Origin: Macrostomum lignano
Taxonomy: Eukaryota
Direction: 5' to 3'
Assembly: GCA_002269645.1 (NCBI GenBank)
Contig: NIVC01002690.1
Location: 1-64,000 of the forward strand
Length of the DNA: 64,000 nt
This document shows positions 44,751 to 57,800 of this stretch, piece by piece (position 1 is the stretch's first letter; the number at the start of each line of letters is the position of its first letter). Below the pieces are notes generated by a model. The model made no database searches. It was given only the letters and a program-made list of their open reading frames with translations, and had not been told where the DNA came from. The translations under genes and the position numbers were made by a program.

Positions 44751-47625
44751 GAGTGGCTGTTTCATGCATTCAAATTTATCTATCAGAGCTCGTACTGGAC
44801 AGCAAGTTGGCCCACCGCATCTCAGGCCAGCAGAGGCTCGGGAGCAGATTAGCAGTTATCATCCATCACACAAAGCAGCGAACGCCGGGAGCAGTGTCGA
44901 CAAGCTGCGCTCAGCAGGGTCTTAACCTTCTCGCCTCGCGCTGCATTTTTCCTGCTCCCGTGATTGATTTCTCCGCCCCTCTCCCTCTCTCTCGGTCCAA
45001 TTCCGCGAGATCATTTCGTGGAGCATCAACTAAAGCTCTGCATTCTGACGCATGTGCGGATTAGACAAATTGCGACGAATGAGACTGCATGCGCGCCGTC
45101 TCTCGGTTGAATGGAGTCCCAGTTTAATTGAAGTTTTGAAAAATAGAGAGGAGCTGGAAATCTTTAATCGGGCGGGGCGAACTCGGCCGCGCATGGGATT
45201 TTGCTAATCTTCTGGTCAAAGCGGAGCCTTCCATAACTTCAGCCAGTTGCGTCAATACCTGCAGATTTAACTGGCTCGTATATTGGAAGGGAATAAGCCA
45301 ACTGCAAGCAGCTTTCTAATCTCAAGTCAGCTTTTTTTCAAACAAATGCGAAAGAATTCTGGGTCAATACTGCGTATTATTGTTGATAGTAACAGACGTA
45401 CATGCAGAAAACGGTGTTTTACTCAAATAACAGTTTTGTAAGAATCGCGCTGAAAATTTCAACTTGCGATTGCTACTTAAACAAAGTAATTGAACTTGCA
45501 TGAGAGACGCTATAATTACCAACGGAAAGAAATAACTCCTAGCTTTTTACGAGTACATTAACATTTGAAATTCAGGAGATTAATAGGCAGGTTATTAAAA
45601 GGCATCTGATATCATAAGCTGCAGGGTGGTCCGAAGACGCAGCGGGGGAGGCGAGCGTCTTGTCATTCCGCTAGCTAGATGTGATGCCATTTATACATGA
45701 CATATGTAACAGACATTTTTCGACCGATACTCGAATAATATTGACTTGCAAAATACGGGTAAAACTTAGTGTTAATTACGTCGAGATAAAACATTATATT
45801 GCGCACATTTAAACTGTGACATGCTCTACTTACATGTCCATGAAATAATTTGCTGGATTGATAAAAGATGCGGAATGAATAATTAATAAATAATATGCTC
45901 TGAATATAATTATACTGGTCGAAAACTCTTTATGAAGTCTCCACGAAATAGATTTTTGTTTATTAATTTTGTTAAGGTTAATTATTATTTTCTGCTGGTG
46001 CGCTAGTTCCAATATTTGTCAATTTATCCTTTAATAATTACGACTGATAGTTCGTTAACTTACCGTTCAATTTAAATTCAAGTTCTAACTCAATTTATTC
46101 AAATCTTCTTTGATAGCGGTTTTGGCTCAGTCATTTGATCATAGCTTCGTTTTGTGGCTGCGATCTACCTTTCGTGACGTATTTAGTCTGGGAATTGATT
46201 ATCGATACATTGGGGAACGTAACTTATCAAGAAATTATTGGCATTGCTCTATCAGACCATCTCAGGGTACCGCTCTTCGACTGGTGCATGATAAGCAGTT
46301 TTGCCTTAGGCCAATTCTCGGAAAGCTACCGAAAGTTAAAGTTATTTGGGACTCTTGTCCACCCGGAAATAGAGGAACCATGCAGTCACTCCGCTCACTA
46401 AGAGTTCGCTGACAAGAGGTCCGTCTGAGCGAGGTGCTGAATCATCAGAGTGCTAGAGTGCATGTGAGTCATAGTCTGCCGACAAACAAAGACTCTAGGA
46501 ACCAAGAGGCCCAGAGGAAAAACTATATTTCCGCGAACCATAGGGCCCATAGGAAATTATAGAGCACTCGCGACAGGAGGTCCATTTGAGCTCTGCGCCG
46601 GAATTAATATTCTTGGTATACTCGACAGCAGTAGCCAAGTTAGCGTGAGTCGCAATTTCCTAGATCAAATTTAATATTCAATCCGGAATCTCTTATTTAA
46701 GTATACTACATATTACACTTGGTAGCAACGGTGGGATTTGCTAGCCAAGCCGTCAAGTTTAGTTAAGTAAAGACCCATAACATAAACATGTACACGTCGT
46801 AATTGGTCTTGCTTCATTTTATTTTACGAGCGTAGTTGCAGTAATTATATAAGTGTACTTACACAGCAGTGTAATTTGCATTTTGGACTGATCAAGAAAG
46901 ATTTTTTTCCATTGCCCATGTTTTGAACTAGATATTTTAAGTAAGACCACTTCTACAGTGCTAGGAGGATTGAAGTTATCGTTTATTAAGTTTTACAATG
47001 GACGGACGTGTAGCAGCGCGAGATTGTAACACAATGAGTATAAATTTCATGTAAGCATGGCATGTAAATTCTGAATTTTGAGCCATTCTTTTCGTTTATT
47101 TATTTGTTATCAGTAAACAAATGCGATTCCAAAAACTTTCCAAGGGTAAGTGTGACAAGATAATTCAGATGCAGAACAAGAAACCGCGGCGCTTGCGTGA
47201 CTTTCGTAATCAGAAATTTTAACATATTTAATATAAGGTAAGTGAAACAAATGCAATATTACAAAAAATGCTTATTAAGTAAGATACGAATTTAAAGCAG
47301 TTTAAAGTCCTAATTAAAAATATAAAACTTTTTATTTATCTTTTATTTTCATCTTTTGGAAGTGACTCATGTCTAAAAATAGTGCTTTGTCGCGCACTTA
47401 TTTAACGCTTGGAATTTCACAATCTTTCACCGATCCATCGCTTTCGAACAGCTATCAAGTTTACGAGTCCGCCGAGTAAACTTCCCGAGTCAGCTTTGCC
47501 TTTACCGGCAGAATCATTACACAAGTAACTGGTGAGTTGAAGGATTCGAAAAGGAAGATCTGTCTTCCCGCTAAAGTTTTAGTTGCAACTGGTGGCAACT
47601 CTGCTAATTGGAATTTGTTTTCGAA

Positions 47626-48459
47626 ATGATTTCAGATCTAACAGTCGAGATTCAGTCGTCAGACGCAACCCAGTCTTATTCGAGCGGCCGTTGCACCAAA
47701 AGAAAATGCCCAGTCAAACCCAGAGTAATGACGCAAAAATACACGACGCTGTTCGCCGAGTCTCGTGGCGAGATTGGTGCCACAGGCCGCAGAATCCTTT
47801 CCACGAGCCGTTCGCCGTTGTCCGGCCGTCCGCGCACTTCGCCCAATCGCTGTGGCCTATTTAGCAGGACCAAGCCCGATGCTGACCCCGCTCCTGCAGA
47901 CCTTGACCTGGACGACGACGCTCTTCTAAGTCTAATAAATCCTAAAATGGAGTCTCAAATATCGGTGCTTTCAACCGACAGTGGAATTCTCCCAAGCGAC
48001 ATTCGTAATTCATCATTTGTTGACGATGTAATCGGAGAGCTGACTAGCCAAGGCATTTGCCACACGGACATCATCAGTGAGCCAAGCGAAGCGGAAGCTC
48101 CAGTGGTAGTGGCCATTCCCGCAAGTCCAGTTGAGTCCCGGAAGCGGAAGGCTTCATCACCTCTTGAGCTGCCAGTTCTGTCTCCAAATTCAATCAGTCC
48201 AGATGACCACAGCACACAGCAGGATCAAATTTACTCAAGAAGCAGCAATGTTGAAGATCTGAAGCGGATAAAGAACAATGAGGCATCAAGGAAGTCCAGG
48301 GCTAATCGCAAATATAAGAATGGCCTGAAAGAGGAAGAAATTGCCACTTTGGAAGAAGAGAACTTCCGACTCAGTGTGCTGCTGAAGGACTTCAGCCAAG
48401 TTGCTGCCACTTGCAAGAGGTGGCTTGTTCAGAAGATGGAAAATCCTGCCAAGGTTTAA
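47626..48459 (+). CDS. bZIP transcription factor (C/EBP-/PAR-/Xrp1-like basic region), uninterrupted CDS, ~277 aa
   Basis: KRIKNNEASRKSR basic region followed by a leucine-zipper heptad near the C-terminus; acidic Ser-rich N-terminus. The ORF track start at 47608 is TTG; first ATG is 47626. Probable 51-nt 5'UTR intron at 47532-47582. Confidence 0.85.
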   Translation: MISDLTVEIQSSDATQSYSSGRCTKRKCPVKPRVMTQKYTTLFAESRGEIGATGRRILSTSRSPLSGRPRTSPNRCGLFSRTKPDADPAPADLDLDDDALLSLINPKMESQISVLSTDSGILPSDIRNSSFVDDVIGELTSQGICHTDIISEPSEAEAPVVVAIPASPVESRKRKASSPLELPVLSPNSISPDDHSTQQDQIYSRSSNVEDLKRIKNNEASRKSRANRKYKNGLKEEEIATLEEENFRLSVLLKDFSQVAATCKRWLVQKMENPAKV

Positions 48460-50539
48460 GCAATCTTTGTAACTTCATTTTTTATCAATTGACAATTAAA
48501 TTAGAAGTTTAAAGATCAACAACTGTTATTTTCTGTTTATTTCTGCTTTAATTCAATCTGTGTTCTGAATCCATCAATTCATATTTGTGATTTGCCATTG
48601 GATCTGAATTGATAAATTTTCATGTGCTAAATTCTCAAAACACAAAAGTTAGAAAAAAGCACAAAATTGTGGCAAAAACTCTTCTTAAAAAGCTCCAGTT
48701 CTACTGGCATATTTTAAAAAAATGTCTTTACTTACTGTATGTGTTGCTTATTGACTGCAGGGATATTTTGTGAAACCTGGCAGTTAGAAATTTTCATTTT
48801 TTGTAAGTATTTTCTTTCATATGTTTATTAAAGTTAATAAAACTTGTACTCATACTCTTATTTTATGATTTCTTTTTTAGTAATTCTCATGCACCATCTT
48901 TTGTTGAAGCTTTGAAGTCAGAGAATTTCTTTGCACTGGTTTCATCATCTAAAAATTATTGTAATTATGCATTATCTTAAATATCTTGCACCTAATATTT
49001 CACCAGTTAATAGCCTGCATGAATGTTTTACAATAAAGATAGCTTATATTTGGTGTAAAATGTATTTAGATTCTGCTTATTTCAATCTTACACTTGAATT
49101 TTCTTTATAAACTGGGGCTGTTAGGTGTTTATCAAAATTATTTAATAAGTTTCAAGTTTCTTGAATGTTGAATTTATGCATTTTTAAACATTATTTTCAA
49201 GTGCTCTTGTGGTTTTGATACAAATACTTTCAAGTAATGTTGTACTTCAACAATCTGTCTCTAAGTTTCTGACAAATAAATAAAATTACAAGTGTTTTTA
49301 AACATATAACTATTAAAATTTTGAAAAGTGAATTATTATTACTAGCTCGTAATAATCCTGAATGAACATTGTAATAAAAATTACAAACTAAAATAGTTTA
49401 CATGTAATTACCTGATGGGAATTTCCTACTCAAAACTTCCCATAGTAACGAACTCTAGGAGTGCAAAAAATGCGAGAATTCTTTGCTTGCCCTCCATTCT
49501 CATCGCGTCGCCGCGTGTGACCGCATGCAGCCCTGTCCCCCGTGTGGTGACCGTATGCACTGAATTGTTTTGCAGGCCTTGCTTGCACTCTTCAGTGCTT
49601 GAGTGAGCAGGGTGGGGTTACAGTAGAGAGCTGTAAAGTGACGCTAGAATTTAGCCTGTCCCTCTCCTCATTGTTTGGTTGCCATGATGATAGCAGGCCA
49701 GGCAGTGCAGAGGTGAGGCAGACTGTAGTGCACTCAGGCGCGCTCTATTGCAAGTCTCTCTCTCCAGCAGCTATTCTTAGAAAATGACGAGAAATTGCAC
49801 CACTGCATTCATTCACTCAGTTTCTTATCTTTCTGTAACTTTTTTAAATACATCTATAGTGTAATTACGATGCTCGTATAGATATTGTACACGGGTTAAT
49901 GGCCGTTTGGAAAGGGCTTAAATTTGCTGTTTACATGTCAATACAGTATACTTGCTATCTTGAAAACATAACTAAAATTTAGTTCTATGACTAAATGTAC
50001 ATGTGTACACACTTGATAGTCGTATCTGCAGCCTTACTGTACAAAATTCTGCACCTGGTAACTACAGGTAATGATAGAACAGGTGTGTGCAACAGCTTTT
50101 ATCATTGCATATGAATAAGCTACATGTACTCTACTCAAAGCTACTCTACTCAAAGCTGCTATAAAGGCCTGTTGTTTGCATGTTCATACATGAACTACTC
50201 CCTATAAATAGTTTCATATAACCTATATTTCTACTAATAGTAGGCGACTTTGCACTTGCACAAGCAGTTTTGAGTGCTAAATGTGAAAATGCTAGCTTGT
50301 CTAATAAACATTTAAAAACCAAAGTAAAGGAACTTTTTTATTTTTGCAAAAAAATACAATTGCCAGGCAGCTCACTTATTTTCTAATGGGGTGCTACAAA
50401 TGGTAACACTAGTTCCACATCAACTCAACACATATACGAGCTATGTCATTCATTTCTCTCTAGCGAGTATGACATCATGTCTCTTCTTTTAACACTTTGC
50501 TATTTTTGTCCTTGTGGCCCTCCTCACCTGCGCTCCCTT

Positions 50540-52010
50540 CTCACTTCACCCTACTCTCCCTGACTCCCTTCTCACTTCACCCTACTCTCCCTGACTCCCT
50601 TCTCACTTTATCCTACTCTCCCCTGACTCCCTTTTCACCCCACTCTACTCTCCCTAACTCCCTTTTCACCCCACTCTACTCTCCCTGACTCCTTTTTCAC
50701 CCCACTCTACTCTCCCTGACTCCCTTTTCACCCCACTCTACTCTCCCTGACTCCCTTTTCACCCCATTCTACTCTCCCTGACTCCCTTTTCACCCCACTC
50801 TACTCTCCCTGACTCCCTTTTCACCCCACTCTACTCTCCCTAACTCCCTTTTCACCCCACTCTACTCTCCCTGACTCCCTTTTCACCCCACTCTACTCTC
50901 CCTGACTCCCTTTTCATCCCACTCTACTCTCCCTGACTCCCTTTTCACCCCATTCTACTCTCCCTGACTCCCTTCTCACTTCACCCTACTCTCCCTGACT
51001 CCCTTTTACCCCACTCTACTCTCCCTGACTCCCTTCTCACTTTACCCTACTCTTCATGACTCCCTTTTCACCCCACTCTACTCTCCCTGACTCCCTTTTC
51101 ACCCCACTCTACTCTCCTTGACTCCCTTTTCACCCCACTCTACTCTCCCTGACTCCCTTTTCACCCCACTCTACTCTCCCTGACTCCCTTCTCACTTCAC
51201 CCTACTCTCCCTGACTCCCTTTCACCCCATTCTACTCTCCCTGACTCCCTTCTCACTTCACCCTACTCTCCCTGACTCCCTTTTCACTCCACCCTACTCT
51301 CCTTGACTCCCTTCTCACTTTACCCTACTCTCCCTGACTCCCTTTTACCCCACTCTATTCTCCCTGACTCCCTTCTCACTTCATCCTACTCTCCCTGACT
51401 CCCTTTTACCCCACTCTACTCTCCCTGACTCTCTCACCCCATCCTACTCTCCCTGACTCCCTCTCACCCCACCCTACTCTCTCTGACTCTCTCACCCACC
51501 CTACTCTCCCTGACTCTCTCACCCCATCCTACTCTCCCTGACTCCCTCTCACCCCACCCTACTCTCTCTGACTCTCTCACCCACCCTACTCTCCCTGACT
51601 CTCTCACCCCATCCTACTCTCCCTGACTCCCTTTTCACATCACCCTACTCTCCCTGACTCCCTTTTCACCCCACCCTACTCTCCCTGACTCCCTTTTCAC
51701 CCCACCCTACTCTCCCTGATTCCCTCTTACCCCACCCTACTCTCCCTGACTCCCTCTTACCCCACCCTACTCTCTCTGACTCCCTTTTCACCCCACCCTA
51801 CTCTCCCTGACTCCCTTTTCATCCCACCCTACTCTCTCTGACTCCCTTTTCACCCCACTCTACTCTCCCTGACTCCCTTCTCACTTCACCCTACTCTCCC
51901 TGACTCCCTCTCACCCCACCCTACTCTCTCTGACTCCCTCTCACCCCATCCTACTCTCCCTGACTCTCTCACCCCATCCTACTCTCTCTGACTCCCTCTC
52001 ACCCCCACCC
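50540..52010. repeat. ~30-33-bp pyrimidine-rich minisatellite (ccctactctccctgactcccttttcacc)
   Basis: Directly visible. Confidence 0.92.
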
Positions 52011-52892
52011 TACAGTCCCTCCCACCGCAGTCCTATTCTTCATTGCTTCCTCAGATTTTAATAAAACAAAGACAAGCAGCAAAGCATGCCATGTCAACCA
52101 TAACTAGGGTCGGGTAACCGCGATTGCGTTATAATTGTGTTATCATAAGTTATAGAGAGCAGAGAAGAAGTTTCACATTATAGTTAGCTAATGCCGGGCA
52201 TTCGCGCCGAGAACAACTGTTATTGTCCAACCATCTACGATAAAGTTCAAAGACAGTGACAGCAGAGACGCAGGTTTAATTCGAGGGAAATTTAAAGAAA
52301 GAATTATTTAGCTCAGGTACAGCTCCGCATAGGTCATATATAGGTTACGCATGCATATAAGTATATAGAGTATGCCGAAGAAAATGAAAGTTTTCCAGGA
52401 ACCCTCGGAGCCGAAAAGGCAGATGCGCGTGCTCAAATCTGGATCTTATACTATGTTGGTCTTGTATTGCATTACAGGATGGCAAAAATAATATATTCTA
52501 ACTTATGGCGCTGCACGCGGATCACGGTGAAACTGCCCGGGGCAAACATGACCTCAGGCTCGGGGACTGTGTTGGTAAAAGTACACAGACAAGCCAACAA
52601 GTTCCTGATACGACATTTGAAACCAAAAATCCCCATTTGTTGTCTTAAGAAACCATGAAACAGACTAATAATTATATTAGTCGAATTTTCGTAAAATCTG
52701 AGTAGAAATTTACAGAAGAGCTCAGGGAACTGCGCTAAGGTTTAGCGTGCACAGGCACACTAGTTTAGTTCGTGTACTACTTCTAGTGCGCATGTACTAA
52801 TCAAGTGCGCGTACACTCGTGATAAAAGTGCACTGGCACCGCATCAGTCCGCATGCACTTTTCGGATAAATCGGCTGGCCTCCTGAATCCCT

Positions 52893-54887
52893 GGCACTGA
52901 CTGGGCACTGATGGCTGCCCTCCCATGGCACTGATAGGGCACTGATGGCTGCCCTCCCATGGCACTGATAGGGCACTGATGGCTGCCCTCCCATTGCACT
53001 GACTGGGCACTGATGGCTGCCCTCCCATGGCACTGATTGGGCACTGATGGCTGCCCTCCCATTGCACTGACTGGGCACTGATGGCTGCCCTCCCATGGCA
53101 CTGACTGGGCACTGATGGCTGCCCTCCCATTGCACTGACTGGGCACTGATGGCTGCCAGAAAAGTGCATGCGGACTTTATGACCTTTTTCGGAGGTCTGA
53201 ATTGCTTTCGCGCTAAACTTTACTACTAAAAATAGAAAAAGCAAACAACTTAAAGAGAACAGAAAGGCGGTCAACAAAACTGCAGATGCAAAAGAAAAAC
53301 CGGAAAGTTCGGAAAGAAAGTCAGCATTTTTAAACGAAATTGTTAAAGGCCATGTCGCGAGCAAAACTGAGTTAACAGTCTGCTTTAATGTTCCAAGTTT
53401 CAGATACCGAACAACTCGGTGAATTTCATTAAAAAGCTTATGAAAAAATATGTGCTATGGCGCAGTCTACAAATTAGAAAATTGAAAAATAGATTATTTG
53501 TTATAATGCTTGTTGTTTCAGTCTACAGGAACAGCTTCCTTCTGCGACACCAATTCGCTCATGAAGCCCAGAACCCTTGTCTTTATGAAAATTAGCTCGT
53601 ACATTCAACAGAAAGTTATTAGCAGTCAGCAGAGATATTAACAAAACAGTAGAAATAATGAATTTGGAAAGAATTCGCAGAGAGCTCCCAGCACAGAGAA
53701 ACTGCATCAAAGGGCCGTAAATATTTGCGGAAACAGGAAGAGGAAACAATTAAAACTGATGGTCCGTTTAGAGAGAGCTCAGACTGTCAGACACTGGAAT
53801 GGGCAGTGCTGCACACTCCCGAGGCGACTGGCAGGTCCACGTTGAACTGCAGGATGTTGTAGGCCTTCAGCGAGGCCAGGATGACGTACAGCACCCACAG
53901 GCTGATCATGCAGACTCCGCACACCCACTTCACCGCCTTGGGGCCGCCCAGCTCCCCGCCGAGTGCCTGCAAATCGATTGGAAAAGGGATATTTCCCATG
54001 TCTGACAGGCAGTTCCAATGTCTGACAGGCAGTTCCCTTGTCTGACAGGCAGTTCCCATGTCTGACAGGCAGTTTCCATGTCTGACAGGCAGTTTCCATG
54101 TCTGACAGGCAGTTCCCATGTCTGACAGGCAGTTCCCATGTCTGACAGGCAGTCCAATCGGTCTGGCTCGTAAATCTGTGGCTTACACCAAAAGCCCCAA
54201 AGTCTCAGTGGCAACTCACCCGTCTCACGAACAGCGTTATGATGCACACGGTGGCCACGGTGAGGAAGAACACCAGCGACTGAAACAGATTGTCCGGGTC
54301 AACGCAGTAGGACTTGCCCTTGGCCGCCGCGTAGATGGTGGCGATGCACCAGGGCAGGCCGAGGCCCAGGAACACGTTGACACTGTTGGAGCCTGCGGTG
54401 CGGGATGTTGATTGACAGCGATTGACAGTGATGGACAGGATTGACAGTGATTGACAGTGATTGACAGCGATGGAGATAGTGATTGACAGTGATTGACAGC
54501 GATTGACAGTGATTGACAGTGATTGATAGTGATTGACAGCGATTGACAGTGATGGACAGGATTGACAGTGATGGACAGGATTGACAGTGATGGACAGGAT
54601 TGACAGTGATGGACAGGATTGACAGTGATGGACAGGATTGACAGTGATTGACAGTGATTGACAGCGATGGAGATAGTGATTGACAGTGATTGACAGCGAT
54701 TGACAGTGATTGACAGAGATTGACAGTGATTGACAGCGACAGACAGTGATTGACAGTGACAGACAGTGATTAATAGTGATTGATAGTGATTGACAGTGAC
54801 AGACAGTGATTGACAGTGATTGACAGTGATTGACAGTGACAGACAGTGATTGATAGTGATTGACAGTGACAGACAGTGATTGACAGT
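52893..54887. repeat. 34-bp array (52893-53157), 20-bp array (53995-54152), 10-bp array (54410-54887)
   Basis: Directly visible. Confidence 0.9.
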
Positions 54888-57800
54888 GAATGTGGTTGCT
54901 ATGCTGACATTTTTGTGTACTTTTATCCCCAGACAGTCTCACCCGTCACATTGCCCACGCTGTTGTCGGCGTATTCGTCCTGCAAAGCGGCGGTGCGGCT
55001 GGCGAAGGTGTCCGGCAGGGAGGTGCCGATGGCCACGATGGTGATGCCCGTCACCGCCTGGTGGATGCCCAGCACGCAGCCCAGCAGGTTGCCCAGCTGC
55101 GGTGTTTCGGCCGGTGGCGGGGTGGGCGAGCGTAAGTCTCTGGGAGATTTCTGCCCTGCCCCGGTGGCGTCTACGGCGTCATAAATGGGTTCTCAGTGTG
55201 CAGGAGATGGGTATTTAGGGTACCAGAGATGGGTATTTAGGGTGCCAGAGATGGGTATTTAGGCGTGCCAGAGATGGGTATTCAGAGTTCCAGAGATGGG
55301 TATTTAGGCGTGCCAGAGATGGGTATTCAGAGTTCCAGAGATGGGTATTTAGGCGTGCCAGAGATGGGTATTCAGAGTTCCAGAGATGGGTATTTAGGCG
55401 TGCCAGAGATGGGTATTCAGAGTTCCAGAGATGGGTATTTAGGCGTGCCAGAGATGGGTATTCAGGCGTGCCAGAGATGGGTATTCAGGCGTGCCAGAGA
55501 TGGGTATTCAGAGTTCCAGAGATGGGTATTTAGGCGTGCCAGAGATGGGTATTCAGAGTTCCAGAGATGGGTATTTAGGCGTGCCAGAGATGGGTATTTA
55601 GGCGTGCCAGAGATGGGTATTTAGGCGTGCCAGAGATGGGTATTCAGGCGTGCCAGAGATGGGTATTTAGGCGTGCCAGAGATGGGTATTTAGGCGTGCC
55701 AGAGATGGGTATTCAGAGTTCCAGAGATGGGTATTTAGGCGTGCCAGAGATGGGTATTTAGGCGTGCCAGAGATGGATATTCAGAGTTCCAGAGATGGGT
55801 ATTTAGGCGTGCCAGAGATGGGTATTTAGGCGTGCCAGAGATGGGTATTTAGAGTTCCAGAGATGGGTATTCAGAGTTCCAGAGATGGGTATTTAGGCGT
55901 GCCAGAGATGGGTATTTAGGCGTGCCAGAGATGGGTATTTAGGCGTGCCAGAGATGGGTATTTAAGCGTGCCAGTGGTGGGTATTTAAGCGTGCCAGAGA
56001 TGGGTATTTAAGCGTGCCAGTGGTGGGTATTTAAGCGTGCCAGAGATGGGTATTTAGGCGTGCCAGTGATGGGTATTTAGGGGTGCCAGAGATGGGTATT
56101 TAGGCGTGCAGAGATGGGTATTCAGAGTTCCAGAGATGGGTATTTAGGCGTGCCAGAGATGGGTATTTAGGCGTGCCAGAGATGGGTATTTAGGCGTGCC
56201 AGAGATGGGTATTTAGGCGTGCCAGAGATGGGTATTTAGGCGTGCCAGAAATGGGTATTCAGAGTTCCAGAGATGGGTATTTAGGCGTGCCAGAGATGGG
56301 TATTTAGGCGTGCCAGAGATGGATATTCAGAGTTCCAGAGATGGGTATTTAGGCGTGCCAGAGATGGGTATTTAGGCGTGCCAGAGATGGGTATTTAGAG
56401 TTCCAGAGATGGGTATTCAGAGTTCCAGAGATGGGTATTTAGGCGTGCCAGAGATGGGTATTTAGGCGTGCCAGAGATGGGTATTTAGGCGTGCCAGAGA
56501 TGGGTATTTAAGCGTGCCAGTGGTGGGTATTTAAGCGTGCCAGAGATGGGTATTTAAGCGTGCCAGTGGTGGGTATTTAAGCGTGCCAGAGATGGGTATT
56601 TAGGCGTGCCAGTGATGGGTATTTAGGGGTGCCAGAGATGGGTATTTAGGCGTGCAGAGATGGGTATTCAGAGTTCCAGAGATGGGTATTTAGGCGTGCC
56701 AGAGATGGGTATTTAGGCGTGCCAGAGATGGGTATTTAGGCGTGCCAGAGATGGGTATTCAGGCGTGCCAGAGATGGGTATTTAGGCGTGCCAGAGATGG
56801 GTATTTAGGCGTGCCAGAGATGGGTATTCAGAGTTCCAGAGATGGGTATTTAGGCGTGCCAGAGATGGGTATTTAGGCGTGCCAGAGATGGATATTCAGA
56901 GTTCCAGAGATGGGTATTTAGGCGTGCCAGAGATGGGTATTTAGGTGTGCCAGAGATGGGTATTTAGAGTTCCAGAGATGGGTATTCAGAGTTCCAGAGA
57001 TGGGTATTTAGGCGTGCCAGAGATGGGTATTCAGGCGTGCCAGAGATGGGTATTTAGGCGTGCCAGAGATGGGTATTTAGGCGTGCCAGAGATGGGTATT
57101 CAGAGTTCCAGAGATGGGTATTTAGGCGTGCCAGAGATGGGTATTTAGGCGTGCCAGAGATGGATATTCAGAGTTCCAGAGATGGGTATTTAGGCGTGCC
57201 AGAGATGGGTATTTAGGCGTGCCAGAGATGGGTATTTAAGCGTGCCAGTGGTGGGTATTTAAGCGTGCCAGAGATGGGTATTTAAGCGTGCCAGTGGTGG
57301 GTATTTAAGCGTGCCAGAGATGGGTATTTAGGCGTGCCAGAGATGGGTATTTAGGCGTGCCAGTGATGGGTATTTAGGGGTGCCAGAGATGGGTATTTAG
57401 GCGTGCCAGAGATGGGTATTCAGAGTTCCAGAGATGGGTATTTAGGCGTGCCAGAGATGGGTATTTAGGCGTGCCAGAGATGGGTATTTAGGCGTGCCAG
57501 AGATGGGTATTCAGGCGTGCCAGAGATGGGTATTTAGGCGTGCCAGAGATGGGTATTTAGGCGTGCCAGAGATGGGTATTCAGAGTTCCAGAGATGGGTA
57601 TTTAGGCGTGCCAGAGATGGGTATTTAGGCGTGCCAGAGATGGATATTCAGAGTTCCAGAGATGGGTATTTAGGCGTGCCAGAGATGGGTATTTAGGCGT
57701 GCCAGAAATGGGTATTTAGAGTTCCAGAGATGGGTATTCAGAGTTCCAGAGATGGGTATTTAGGCGTGCCAGAGATGGGTATTTAGGCGTGCCAGAGATG

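Noticed and set aside
52470-52640. Short minus-strand peptide containing EPEVMFAPGSFTV, reminiscent of ADP-ribosyltransferase ExE motifs
   Set aside because: Only about 54 aa, lacking other ART motifs and any exon chain.
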